Assembly: GCF_963506605.1 (NCBI RefSeq)
Contig: NC_083280.1
Coordinates: forward strand, 85,560,001-85,624,000
DNA: 64,000 bases
From: Zootoca vivipara
Taxonomy: Eukaryota
Direction of reading: 5' to 3'
Below, one piece after another: positions 1 to 13,249 of the stretch; positions within the stretch are counted from its first letter, which is position 1, and each line of letters begins with the position of its first letter. Made by a program: the position numbers and the translations under genes. The notes under the pieces were generated by a model. It did no database searches, was not told where the DNA came from, and saw only the letters and a program-made list of their open reading frames with translations.

Positions 1-44
<44 letters not shown>

Positions 45-58
45 GTGTGAGTGTGTGA
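1..58. repeat. (GA)n/(GT)n compound microsatellite
   Basis: Direct reading. Confidence 0.95.
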
Positions 59-1021
59 ATTAGCTAACCCAGTGTTCAAAATTAGCCAGGTGCCAGGCAC
101 ATTTTGCACCTGACTTGTCGGCCACTTGTGGCCAAGTGAATGCCTGGGCACCAGGATGTGTTTGGCTGGATGTAAGGTAGATTTTCTTTTTTTAACATTT
201 CCCCCCTATGTATTCAGGTTTGTAGTCTATTTTTCATAGTCCTTCTGTTTTTAATACTCCTTTTATTCCACATGGGCTTGCAGTTGGCAGGTGAGACAGC
301 ATCTGAGGGATTTCCTTTTCTGTGTTGCAGTTTGCGGCATGGATATATAGATGACGTGTGTTCAACCCTTCTGGCTCCTTGCCTGGGACTTGATGCTGTG
401 CATCTGATCTGATGAGTGAAGCGTGACCTGAGGGAGAACTGTCAGTCATGTGTTCACTGGGAAAGAACACATGGAGAAGAGCAATGGGCATCTCTTAAAC
501 CCTCCCTGCAGTCTTAGTGTCCGGTGATTGCTGGATATGTTTTAGTGTTTCTGCTTCAGTGCAGCTGTCCTCTGCTATGATATTGTGCAGTTATGTCAAA
601 AAGTAATATCATTTCATGGGTAATAGAAGTAGCATTTCCTCTGGGCCTGTGGAGGTTAGGGAATTGCAACCTTGCTGTCCTGTTAGGACACACTGAGTTT
701 AGCCAGAGGGGTTGTTCCTTTAGGCTAGAGTTAATTGTTAATGTACTCTGGAAGGTTTTTCCTGCCCTGGAGCTCCCAGGGAGTCTGTATGCAGTTCGGG
801 GATATGAACTTTTGGGCAGTTAAAGTTGCACTAGCTCTTAATTGCTGACCTTTAGCAGCCCTTTGTTTTTCCTGATGAGGATGTATGCTGTGAACTATGG
901 GTCATGCATTTGTTAGGGTCAGCCAGACTGGAAGGATAAGTTGTCACCTTCCATTCAACTATTCATTAAGAGTTGGCAATATATTTATATGAGTATAAGG
1001 GTATGGGAAAATATGACAGTA

Positions 1022-1251
1022 CAGTGGTGCCTCGCAAGACGAAATTATTTCGTTCCGCAAGTTGTTTTGTATTGCGAAAATTTCATTTTGCGGTTTTCCA
1101 ATGTAAGCAAAGCAAAAAAAGGGGGGGGGATTCGTCTTGCAAAGCGCGGCCATAGAAAACTTCGTCTTGTGAGTCAACAAAAAGATCGCAAAACGCTTTC
1201 GTCTTGCGAGTTTTTCGTTGTGCGAGGCGTTCGTCTTGTGAGGTACCACTG
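1022..1251. mobile_element. Tc1/mariner-pogo (Tigger-like) MITE
   Basis: 22-bp TIRs CAGTGGTRCCTCRCAAGACGAA, TA duplication at 1020-21 and 1252-53, internal TTCGTCTTG repeats, retained CpGs. Confidence 0.9.
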
Positions 1252-1904
1252 TATTTGGTCAGTTTTTCTCTATATAAGCATCACAGTTGACAGTCCAGTT
1301 CAGAGCAAATCAGGAACTTTCCTTTGAAGTTTGGTCACCTGATGTCATTGTGATGGCTCCACTCACCAGTCAGTGGCAGTGGAAGCTCAGAATTTGGCCC
1401 ACTGGCCAGATTGAGCTTCCCACCCTTGACTACCCCTTGAGCTGTAGTAGAAACTGCCAACATAGTACTACCTAAAAATACTTAGGGCTGTGGCCAGGGA
1501 GATTCCCAAGGATCAGACAGAGAGGCCAGGAAAATTGCACACACACACTCCGAGCTGAAGTTCCTCACCTTGCCTTTATGAAGACCCACCAAAATTCTGC
1601 CTCTGGGACATACCAGCATATTCACAGTTCCTGATTCCATTTTCTGATTTATCTTATGCTCTCACAAGGCATTATTTAAACAGTCAAAGTGACAGGTAGC
1701 TCCCTAGCAACAGGGAATTCTCCCCACTTCTCTAAGGAACCGTTGCTTTCAGTTGTGGTGATGTGATAATTTGTGCGCTCACTACAAAGATTAATATAAA
1801 AACCTAAACCATTTCAGCCTAATTGGCTATCTTCAATAGCAATACATTTAAAACAGCCATATTTGGATAGGTTAAGTCGGTAGAAAAAAAATATTAATGC
1901 TAAG

Positions 1905-2230
1905 CTGAAGCTTGTTTAATAAACCATGAGTTAAACTACGGTCTGTCGCATGTCAAACCATGGCCTTTTCTTTCATGGTTTGATATGTTTTCCATCGGCT
2001 ATTACCTTGTACCTTTGTAGCTTAGTGAGTATCTGAGGTGGCCAAATAAACCATGGTTAAGGAACCATGATGTGGGGTTTGCATATAATGGCAAGCCATA
2101 GTTAAAACAACCATAAGCTAACAGCAAACCATGGTTTCAAATGTTGCTTTGTTGGCATTGTAGTTAAGTTGCTGGGAAGATTCAGATGGCCACAAAACCA
2201 ATGGTTTAATAAAACCTGGCTTAGCAGCAT
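1905..2230. repeat. Old palindromic DNA-transposon remnant with repeated AAACCATGGTT motifs
   Basis: Several AACCATGG(TT) palindromic motifs; a related patch lies at ~41910-42050. Confidence 0.5.
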
Positions 2231-2880
2231 TTGTGATCCAGGCCATTGATTCGACTAACTTATCTAGGTACTTGGGCACAACAGTAGCAAGATATCAATT
2301 ACTTCAACCCATACGTGTGGCTTTCCTTCTTTCCCTTAAACGTGCTAAAAGCTTCTGAACAGTTATATTTTTATGCACCTCTAGAGGCTTCCATCCATTC
2401 TTGGTTTGTGTAAAGCTGTGAAAGGAAGTTTTCTGAAATAACCATATTATTTCAGGGTGCGGCAGTCTTTATTTTTTGAATGCCCCACTTCTTGCCTATC
2501 AGGGAAGGGTCTTCATGCAAGAAAATTACACCCAGGGTTGGGTGGGTGGGGGGAATCACCTGCTTATCCTATACCAGCCTTGCCTATAGGATTAGGCATC
2601 TTTTGTTTCCAACCCTTGTGATGCCTTACATTTTCTTTCTGAACATTTCTTCTCTATCCTCTCTTTCTCCCCCTACCCATTTTAGGCAGGGTTTTAGGCT
2701 GTGAAATTCAAAGATACATAGTGGGGGGGGCATGAAGACAGATTTTCCCATAAGATTTCCAGCTGAACCAAAGGAAATAAAGGACGCTCCATCTAGCATC
2801 CATCCAGTGACCAGTGATAAAATCCCATATAATTCTGCATTCTCAATTTATAAATTATAGCTGCCATAATTGGACGTTGT

Positions 2881-2918
<38 letters not shown>

Positions 2919-4257
2919 TATTTATAGCCCACCCTCCCCGGCAAAAAAAATAAATCAGTAGCAAGCGAAGAACTGTAAGATTTCTACAGTTACTCATTCC
3001 GTTTCCTCTTTTAACCAAACTCCATATATAGATGCCAAAATAATTCTCTCACACAACTGGCTGTTCATCTGCCCATTATTCATATAGTCAATATCGGTGC
3101 ACCTGAACCTAAAATCTTTCTCTATATGAATTTTAAATCCACAAAAATGTTTCCCAGTACTGTGGGTATATACCTTGCTGTAGTAGAATTCCTGTGTTCC
3201 AAAATCTGTGTTTCAAATTATATGGGATGACAGTTTGACCCAGACCACATGGGCATGCTATCACATAAATTGCCATTGTAGTGCCGTGGTTAATGAACCC
3301 TTTAATACTGTATCCTGTTCTTTAGCATTCTGTATTTGTTTTGGGATGTGTCTGTTCACAGTCATTGTGCTCTTTTGAGGCATTGTTTGAAAGTCAGACT
3401 CTGAGATGGCAAGAGAACTCTGAATCTGTTGGTTTTTGGAAGGTGTTCTACATGAGATGACAAATGGGTGCACGGTCTGCTCGTGGTGGTTTGGATGAGA
3501 TCAGGATTACTATGCTTATTTCAGGGGGGGGGGAAGCTGCCTGCTTGCTTTGCTGTAGCACAGTGCCCTGCTGACTGGCTTAACAGTGTGTTTGGCCACT
3601 TTAAGAGGGTTCATCTGCAATGCAGCTGTTAGCTGGGAAGTTCTGTAAACCAAGAAGGAACAAGCGAGCCCTGCGTTTGCCTGCAGTCGTGGCGAACTCC
3701 TTATTACAGCGCACACACACAGAGGGAGAGAGAGAGAGAGAGACTGGCACACAATACGTTTTCCATAGGCCTGGGGGAGCATTAGCCAGAGCCCCCTACT
3801 TGTGCATATTCTGCACTGGCTGAGCAGACTGAAAGGTATTTGAATAGCTTGGTGGCCCATAGTTGTGGAACTGGGAAATCCTGTTGCGCTCAGTGCTTCT
3901 CTCTTAATAATCTGGTATCTTGATTTTTAGCTGATACGTCAGGATTTCTGTGGCACCCATATTTCTTGGAAACTGACTACATATCCGATCGACCACATCA
4001 GCAATTCAAGCAGCAATTGGAGAGTTCCTTTCATTCTCCTCCCCCCTCCGAGCCCCCCCCCCCAGTTGACAAAAGAACATTGAGAGCTCTGAAGCTTTAG
4101 GCAGGAAGTCTATTGCCAAGAGTGTTGTGGGGCCTTGGCAATGCTGTATGTTCCCATTTCTGCATGGTGGTTGCATTCGCCCTTGGCCCCAGTGATGTGG
4201 GGAATGGCAAGGGGTGATTGCACATATCAGCTATAACTACTTTTGGGTTATAGGTAG

Positions 4258-4380
4258 GTAGCCGTGTTGGTCTGCCGTAGTCGAAACAAAATAAAAAAAA
4301 TCCTTCCAGTAGCACCTTAGAGACCAACTAAGTTTGTCATTGGTATGAGCTTTTGTGTGCATGCACACTTCTTCAGATAC
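4258..4380. mobile_element. Penelope-like element fragment
   Basis: GTAGCCGTGTTGGTCTG...GTAGCACCTTAGAGACCAACTAAG...GAGCTTT.GTG..CATGCACACTTCTTCAGATAC, the typical reptile Penelope terminal motif; a near-identical copy is at 57448-57557. Confidence 0.7.
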
Positions 4381-4743
4381 CAGATACTTCAGATATTTCA
4401 GATACGTAGCTTGGGGGTGGTGGGGATGAGGAAACATGAGAGAGTTGCACTTCCTGTTTTTTCCTGCGGCTGGTTCAGTGTTCAAAGAGGAACTTGTGCT
4501 TGGAAGATGTTGGAAGTTAAGTGTCCCTGTGAAGAGTGAACACCTCCCTGGTTGAGAGTTGATTTTTGAGGGTTATCATAGGCATAAGGTAGCAGGAAGT
4601 GCAGCTCTTTCAAGCTTCCATCTGCCTCTTGCAGCCAGGTAATATCCAAAGCTGATCAGAGAAGTGGTGGTTAAAGTCACTTAGGTTAGTATCCACCCCA
4701 ACGTATAATGCATCTGTGGAGATAAAATGGAAATGGGGAAGCA

Positions 4744-5322
4744 GTGCTGAGTCGGTGTCTAGCATTGGTAATGGGCTGGATGAGAGTGAACAAACAGAAG
4801 CTTCATCCAGGCAAGACAGAGATGCTTCTTGTCAATAGGAAGGCTGGTCAAGGAATAGGGGATCTATCTTGCTTTGGAATGGGTAGTTTTCCCCATGAAA
4901 ACTCAGGCTTAGTCTTGGATTCAGCCCTCAACTCAGATGCCCAGGTTTTGACAGGAGCTTTTTGCACAGCTAAGGCCCAATGCAACAAGTCCTGGGCACA
5001 CTTCAAAGCCTTGTTCATGACTGTAGCTTCAGGACCAGGTTAGAAAAGCTGTATTCCTCCATATGAACTTATCTGGGTTTTAAGACAATCTTCCATCTGT
5101 GAAACTCCTTGTCAAGGGAGGCCCATCATTCCCCTTATCTGATGACCTTTTATGAGCAGGCAAGCATGTTTTCAGACACGCCTTTGGCCTTGTGAGCTGA
5201 CATGTTATAGTTATTTAACTGAGAGTTGGTTTTATTGACGTGTTTTTTACCTGCCTTCTTTCTGTGTATTTTATTGTAACCTGGCTGGGGCACCATTCAG
5301 TGGAAAGGTGGGCCATAAATGT
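4744..5322 (+). mobile_element. Old L2-clade LINE 3' fragment
   Basis: WMRVNKQKLHPGKTEMLLV resembles the L2 RT C-terminal motif WMxxNKLKLNPDKTE; degenerate 3' UTR follows. Confidence 0.7.
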
Positions 5323-7589
5323 TACCAATAATACCAGTCTAAAATTCTTGAATAAATGTAAACACAGTGCTGTATTCTTGGTTTTGTGTGCTCTCTTAAG
5401 TGCAGAAATTTGGGTTTTTCTTGGTACTGCCTTGTAGTGGAATGTTTATCATAATGGCCCCTCCATATTTGTTTTGGGTACGTTAATGATCTTGTGCCAT
5501 GCTCTGGCAATACAGAATTAAGTGTAAATTGGGCTGGGCTGTATATAAGCCACATGCCCCATTCTCTCTTCCTCCCCCCTCCCACTTTGCCGTAAGAGGC
5601 TATTTTTAGGATCTGCTTCCTGGGATATGCTGTTCACAGCCGGCTATCTTGATGAAAATGTCACCGAGGCATAGAAAAGGGCTCCTAAACCTTTTGCTAG
5701 TAGCTTTTCCTTCCAAAATATATGTGTGTACAATGGCAGTACTGGAGAGAGCTAATGTTCTACCAGCAGTTGGAAGTTGTAACCCAAAATGGCAAAGACC
5801 CTTTGCATGCAACTAGAGATATGAAATTAGGTACAAACATTACCAAGGAACACTGATTACTAGGAAAATTGAACATGAAGCTTACTTTGTTCTCTGCTGC
5901 ACAGGATAAGTTAACATTATTCTATAGTTTGCTCTACATCATGTGCTTAGTTGGTGAAATAAGCAGTGCCAGTTTTCTGCTAAAAGTTGCCACCCACTTG
6001 GTTGCTATTTGCCCCCGAAGTTCCCATTTGCAGTAAACAGTTCATATAGAGGCAAAAAGCAGCCAGGAGGGAGTCATTTTCAGCAGAAAGCCTGCATGGG
6101 CCCCCGATCCCAGTTGGGAAGATATTCTGGATCAGGGTCCCACAAATGCCTTTTCACCAAATAAAAGCAGCCACCTTAAGCACACTGGTTTCAATGTGTG
6201 ACTAATGGCATGTGTAGTTTGGCCCTTATGTGCATGGATAGGAGGTCTGTTGCACCTTCAGCACACTTGAATTGGCACACTGGGATAAATTTATAGATGC
6301 TTCCCTCCCTGCTAAATTTACTGCTGTGCATATATGCTCATGTGCGCAACCCCTTACCCATCCCTTAAGTCTATATCACACCTTTCCTTCCACGTCATTC
6401 AATCAAATTCTAAACTACCTATCGACCAGTCTTCTGGGCTGCTTACAAAAAATGTAGCTTAGACATGAAGTCATGTGAATGATGGAAATGTGTTGTCTAC
6501 TCTCACCTACCTCACAACTTTCTTTGCGGGATTGTTAGTGACTTGTCTGAAGCCAATGGCAGTGAGCTTCATAGATGAGCAAAGACACCTGATTCAAGCC
6601 TACCACCTTTTCCAGTACACTACAGTGGCTTTGGCTCTGGTACCCCCTATTCACTTACAAGCCAAAAGAGGGGGGGGAGAGATTACCGTACATTTATTCT
6701 GAATGTTTTGCACTAAAAATCCAGAGATCTGAAAAAGAAACTTATGCCTTTGATACGCTTTGGGCAGTGTTCAGAGGTGTTGGGGGGGCAATTTTTAGCT
6801 TGCTTTCTCTCATTCAGAAAGGAAACTCATGGGCATTGCTTGCAGGACAAGTATTCAGAGAGAAGACCAGTGCTGACCAAAGCAAGTCTTGTTCCTTGAA
6901 AATCCCAGCTACATGCCTTTTCTTGTTTCCAAGCATGTAACATAACAGGTTTATTGAAACCTTCAAAGCTCAGAATCGTCGCTGTTCAGTGGTAGAGCTC
7001 ACATTTTGTGCCTTGACTTCTGTGTGCTCGTTCCTTTCCTCAGCCGGCTTTGTAATGTTTTTCTCCAAGCCTGTAGAAGTGACTTCACATTCAAAGCACC
7101 TTTTAGGCATTTTTGTTGTTGTTTGATTTTATTTTTAAGGTGTAAGTAAGAGTGGTCTTTTGAATTGTTTCCAATCTTGCAACCACTCATTTTAATGAGG
7201 ATAAGGTCTTTTCCAAGAAAAAAACCTCTCATCCTAAAGCTGTGTTTAAAATGATTGCGACACTTGGTAGTATTCAGAAGAACGTTGGCTGGCTGAGATA
7301 AAGCCTTGCCATCTTTGGATAATCTATAAGTCAGATATTTGGGAGTTAAAGTCAGAAACATCTGGATAAACGTGAAGATGGTAGTGACATAAATTGCATA
7401 ACAGCTCAGATCCACATAAGCAAGTAAAAACTCTCATTTTGGCTATTACAGTGCATGCTGTGTTGGGCTGTCCTTGAAAATGGTTCAGAAGTTGTAGCCG
7501 GCACAAGATGCAGAAGCCAGAGTCCTGCTGGGTCTGACGTCTAGGGACCATATAAGACCATTTAATTGGCTGCCAATTAACTAAGGTGC

Positions 7590-7790
7590 CCAGTTCAAGC
7601 TTGTGGTCTTTCTGCAGAAAGCTCTAAATCTCTTGGGACCTAGCACCTGAGAGACAGCCTCTGTCCATATTCACCCTGCCATGGCTTAAGATCTACTGGG
7701 GAGGCCTGGCTGGTAATCTAGCTTTAAGGAAAGTTCCTGTCAGAAGGCTGTCTCAGTAAGAGGACCCAGGTTGTAAAACACACTCGTCCT
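7590..7790 (+). mobile_element. Degenerate L2-clade LINE fragment
   Basis: Resembles the L2 FKALNGLGP.YLRDRL.PY.P...LRS region seen in younger copies in this window. Confidence 0.5.
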
Positions 7791-10531
7791 GGAGGTTTGT
7801 GCCCAATCGTAGAAAGCAGAAAAAGGTTATGTTTTACTATATTATTCTTAAATTATTTTTTCCCTTACTGACTGTTTTATATATGTACTGTTGTCATTCA
7901 TGCTGGGCTCCCAGGGCAAAGGGCAGTTCACAGGTTTAAAAAAGCATAAGTAAAACAGCCCAGACTCCTGGCTTCCCAAGTTTGACATCCATATTTAAAG
8001 ACTCCTCAAGGGGCTCTTCGACTTTTCCCTTTTGCTCTCTGCTCACAGCTTCTTGTACCTTTCAGTGAAGATTCATCCCTTCTAAATTGCAGTATTTCAA
8101 GGATAATTTTCCTGGGAATTTGCTCTGTATTTACAGCAGAGTCCACTTAATTTGAAACAACCCAAAGCTGCTCAGGGAACTCTGCCTTAAGGAAGATGGC
8201 ACGTTTTGTTTAATTACAGCAATCCCCCAGAGATTTCTCTCCCAGGCTTGCAATTGTCTTGATTATGCTCTGGCAGACTTGTGTCTTGTCTCTTCTGAAG
8301 GATGGAAGTGGAAAACCGGTACACTCTGCTGCGGGTGTATGTTGTGCAAGTTACATCTACCAGTGATGGTGTTTTATTTTTAGAACCTAAGAAGCTGTTG
8401 GAGCAAATGTCGTGCCAACAAAACTTTTTCCTTCTTACAAGAGCTGAACCTAAGCTTCCAATATGTTTTTAACACTCCAGCACAATCCTTCTGCATCCTT
8501 TTGGCCGGGACTTCATTGTACATCTGATACTGGGGATTGTGTCCTTTCTTTGGCCTTTTGACACAATAAACTACAGCCAAGAAGAGTGCGGTGCTTTGCA
8601 GAAAAATGATCTCCTCATTGAGCCTGTGGGTGCACTTGAGTAGCTTCTCTGACTGCATCCTCAACTATGTTTCTGTAATAATAATTCTGTAGAATTGTTT
8701 AGAGCAGGGATAGTCATCCAGCAGCCAGCAGGCCAAATCCAACCCACAACCCCATTTCTTCTCCCTTAGTAGCATTACCAAATTTTAATCAAACTAATCA
8801 AAAGTTTGTTCCCAGATCTACATGCAAGGGAGAATGCCATGCGTCTCCATGTATAACTTAATGTGAATTATGTATTGCTATTAAACACATTCTGGAAAGG
8901 CAACAGCTCCCGCTGTCAATCTGCCCCTTGAAGGAGACCTTACATGATAGACATTTGTTCACCAGCCCCTACAGTTGATGACCTCTTGCGGTCCAACTGT
9001 ACATGCTCAGAATCTGTAGGTGTGCATGTCTGGAACTGTGGGTTAAAGCAGCTGTCTGTAAGAGTTTAGCATTTGGAGCAAGCAAGCTTATCCTCCTTAT
9101 TCCACACCTTGAAATATGTACTTACACACACACACACACACAAACAAACACACAATTCCCCCACCCCTCTTCCAGTCCCAGAAACACTCACTTTGACCAC
9201 CTACAATTTCTAACTTTAATTCAGGCATCTAATCTTACGTGGTTATGCTAATTAATGTGACATTTTCTCTACTAAACAGATTCTTGAAACACCCGTTCAA
9301 CTTTTGTGACCAGTAGATTTGCACTGCAGAATTAGTCGGCCAAATAAAGTAAGAGGGATTCTATGGCTTCCTGCCTTTCATTGATGATTGTTCAAAATAA
9401 GTTTGTATAAATTGTGGCTTTGTCGAGCAGAGAAACTGTGTGTGAGGGGGATGGCTCTCTTTCCTTCTAGAAATCTGGTTGTCATCAGCACTGTGGAGCA
9501 TACATGGGAGAGATGCTACTTGCAGCATACAGAGCCTTGTATGGAAATCTGAGCCTTCAATAATGTAAGAGTTCATGTGGGGTGGGGGTGGGGAGCCCTA
9601 TGGCCGAATAATTTCCATTGGTTGGAAATCAAAGCATGGTTCACTAGTGGTTCCAATAATGGATGAACTTCACCACTCCTGTTTGTGCAAGTCACATCCT
9701 TTTTATTTTATTGTCCCTATTGTTCTTCTGCATTATATGATTCATCCTTCTTGCTCAGCCCAGGCCTAAAGAGACAACCAAACATTCCTATTTATCTCAT
9801 TCCTCTTTTCTGTTGATGGTATATGGTATATTTGTATTTATTTATTTATTGCATGATAAGTAAAAAATAAAAACAGTTGCATGCCCAAAACAGTACACTG
9901 AAAACTTATATGGCCTCCTTCAGCAGGAATTGGAAACGGAGCACTCCCAGCAATTACTTTGGACTCTTAACTAAGTGCTCGTGTCTCTATTTGATAAAGG
10001 TGCACCACGTAGCTATGCACTGCCTTTTGGCACATTCTTTTGGAGTTGCACTTTCAGAGAAGGATGTGTCAAGTTTGGGTTCAATAAACTGGATGCCAGT
10101 TAGTAACATGGGTTGGTGTGTGCACATGAATGTACCAGTTTAATGTGTTTTTTAAAGGAGGTAAGAACAGACAGAGTCCCAAATAGTGGAGGAGGTGAAC
10201 TTTGCCAAGGCCATGGGATTGCATGGGTGGGGTATACAAGAATACTCTGCTGGATCAATCTAAGCTACAAATGGAGGAAGGACTTGGAAATTTCCATAAG
10301 CATTTTCTTCCAGTGTGAGGGGGAAATGGTGTAGCTTTCATTTCACCTCAGTGGATCCAAATTTGGTACCAGAAGAAGAGAGGGGAAGCTGAGTACATCC
10401 CAGGAGATGTTTGATAAGGAAGCACAATTGAAATTGCACACATTTTTGGCTTGAAGGCTGTTGGTGCTATTTGTTACAAGTGTGAAGATACTTCCAAATT
10501 GGATTAGTGGGGTTGGGTATACAGTATATGC

Positions 10532-10667
10532 CAGGCATCCCCAAACTTCGGCCCTCCAGATGTTTTGGACTACAGTTCCCATCTTCCCTGACCACTGGTC
10601 CTGTTAGCTAGGGATCATGGGAGTTGTAGGCCAAAACATCTGGAGGGCCGCAGTTTGGGGATGCCTG
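10532..10667. mobile_element. 136-bp palindromic hAT (Charlie-type) MITE
   Basis: TIRs CAGGCATCCCCAAACT; perfect 8-bp TSD GTATATGC (10524-31 / 10668-75); same family as 62757-62893. Confidence 0.92.
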
Positions 10668-10904
10668 GTATATGCTGTTGCTCTCTTCATCCCCATATAG
10701 TGAGAAGATACAGGACTAACACTGCTTTATTTAGTTTCACTTTGGAAATAAATACACTGGGAGACTTGTAGCATCTTTGTAATATTTGCTTTAGTTACAA
10801 ATATACAGAGCATAAGCAGAGATAAAAGGATCTCCTGAAAGGCAACATTAATGCTACCAGGGATCATATTTCGAGACACACTCAAGGTCCCTTCAGCCAA
10901 CTTG

Positions 10905-10949
<45 letters not shown>

Positions 10950-11249
10950 CTGGTTTTCATGTTAAAAAGTCCTGTTCTCATGAATGCTACATCTTCTTAC
11001 ACACATCATGATCTGTAAGTTTCTGGTAGTATTAGTTTGCTGTCTAAGATATAGAATGGCAAATGGGAGATATGAGTGAGACCTACAACACCAGGATGCA
11101 TGATCATAGAGTTCATTAATGTTAATGCTAAGCCATGCCTTTCACCTACACCTTGAGTTTTAGGAAGGTATAGATCAGACACACAGATATCACCGTACAA
11201 TCATTGGAAAACCATCTCCTAATGGTTGGGTCCCATTGAAGAGGTATTG

Positions 11250-11790
11250 GCCAAGCAGTTTGGAGCAGTCTGACTGACCAAGAAATGGTTGGCTAGCTGT
11301 CAGGGTAGGGGAAAAGAGGCTGTATGCAGAGACCCTGGATCCAGCAAGTGTTTAAGTATGGCTAGCTTCCTGTTGAAGCAATAGCCTGGGTAATGGGCCA
11401 TTAAGGGAACAAAGGAAGTGGATCTGTGTGAGAGCCTTCCACTGCAATTGGCTGGTAGTTAGGAAAAGAAAAAAAAGTGAGAGTTGAGAGTTTGCAATGA
11501 TGTGACCTAGAGGTAAAGCAGCAAGCTGGAGAGAGAGAGTGTCAGAGTAATGTTTGATTTCTGTTTGAATCCAAGACTGCAGCTATGGGAGAAACAAGAC
11601 CCCTTTGGGGTGTTGATGCTATGAGCCCCTCTATTGCAGGCTCAGGTTGTGTATATGTGCTAATAAACCATAAATCATAAAGACACCACATTCTCTGCTG
11701 TGCCTCAATTCCAAAAGGAAACACAAATTCTGGGTAAGCGCCTGGAGTCCCTTGACTCTTGTATGGGTCAAAGATTGGAGTGGCGTACAA
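11250..11790 (+). mobile_element. Probable solo LTR (boundaries approximate)
   Basis: U3/R/U5-like layout with AATAAA (~11662) and a 3' end ...GGAGTGGCGTACA(A); no clear TSD. Confidence 0.55.
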
Positions 11791-12483
11791 TGCTATTTAA
11801 ATTGTAGGTCTTGAAATAACAGGAGCAAGCTCTGTGAATTCAAAGGGTGGCAGGGCTATTTGTCCAAAGTTTCCAATAAAATTCTTACCAAGGAGTCTAC
11901 AAATTCATGCTTATCATGTCCCACTCTCAGTGTCATGAACTATTGTATCTGACACTGCGCTGAATTACATTGGCAATGAAGCGTAATAAAAAGTTGAGGA
12001 TGAACCTTCATCTCTCTCCCCAGCTCCAAGCTGAACAGAAGGTTGAATGATTGCACGTGCCACGCTGAGGTCTGGACAGCAACCCACAAATTCTGACCAA
12101 CCTTGGTAGCCAAACCAAACTTTCCATCTTTCAGGACCCTGCCCCCTCTTCCTCAAGGGGTGGGTTATGCGCTTTGCCTCAAAAATCCATATACAAAGTG
12201 ATTGTCCTGGCGTATACAATGTATACTCCAGGGCAATCACCTTCTCCCCCTTGCCAGTTTCAGGCTTGGAGGAAATTGTTCCTGCAGTTGTTACTGCTCA
12301 AGTTCCACACTGCAGTTCCCTTAAGTTTGGAGCTGGGCAGAACTACGTTGCTGCAGTTGTGGTGTAAATCAGAGCCCCCACGCCCCACCGCCAACTCCCT
12401 CCGTCGGTGCATGAAGAAGGCCTTGTTACACTTGCCAGAGGGGAAGGAAACTTCACCGTGGTAAGCAGACTTTTGAATCCTCA

Positions 12484-12698
12484 GGGTAATATGCAACACT
12501 AGCTGATCTATATCAGCTAGTGCAAGGACTTACAGGTGCACAAAGGAACTTTCCTTCCCTCTCCTCTCCCTTTGTGCATATCCCATGCTCCCTAAATCCA
12601 TTTTGGGTTTTACCCAACTTTCTGGGGGGGGGGAGCAGAAGTTCCTTTGTGCAAGCGGAAATCCTTGTGCTTGCAGTTCTGTTTGGTTGAGTACTGCC
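12484..12698. mobile_element. Old non-autonomous DNA element (related copies at ~36987-37180 and ~53110-53296)
   Basis: Shared 3' block GCRGAAATCCTTG...TTGGYTGRRTACTGCC and degenerate terminal inverted repeats. Confidence 0.5.
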
Positions 12699-13204
12699 TC
12701 TAGGCTTGTGCTCTTAAAAAAAAAAGTATAGGATTTCACCATATTGGTGACTTCTCTTGTATGAAAGGATAACAATTTTAACTCGTTATCTGGTTTCCTC
12801 CAGTAGGCACTTTGTTGACAGTTGACTCTTTCTTAATAAGAGATTTTGACATAGCCCCAGAGGCTCAATACCGTGTAGTGGTAGGCTGTACCTTATAGTC
12901 CTGTGGTGTTTTAAGCTGCATGATAAACACGAGTACAGATGCTCCCCCCCCCTTAATTGATAACTGGAATTCAGAGAATGAGCTTCGTGTGTTGTTTAGA
13001 GGTGCAGAGGAAACCCTCAAGTTTTTTCGGGGTCAGGCCTTCTGGCAGACCTTTGGAAGGCTCAGAGCTGAGTACCATCTTCTACGTCAGGTGAAATTCA
13101 AGGTTCTGAGCAGCAGAGGGGCCAGAAACTGGCAAGTAGTTACGGCCAGGCAGTTTTCAGATTCTTTAAGGTGGCAGTTTAGGGGAAGAGAGATCATGCA
13201 AGCG

Positions 13205-13206
<2 letters not shown>

Positions 13207-13248
<42 letters not shown>
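13207..13248. repeat. (GT)n microsatellite
   Basis: Direct reading. Confidence 0.95.
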
Positions 13249-13249
<1 letters not shown>

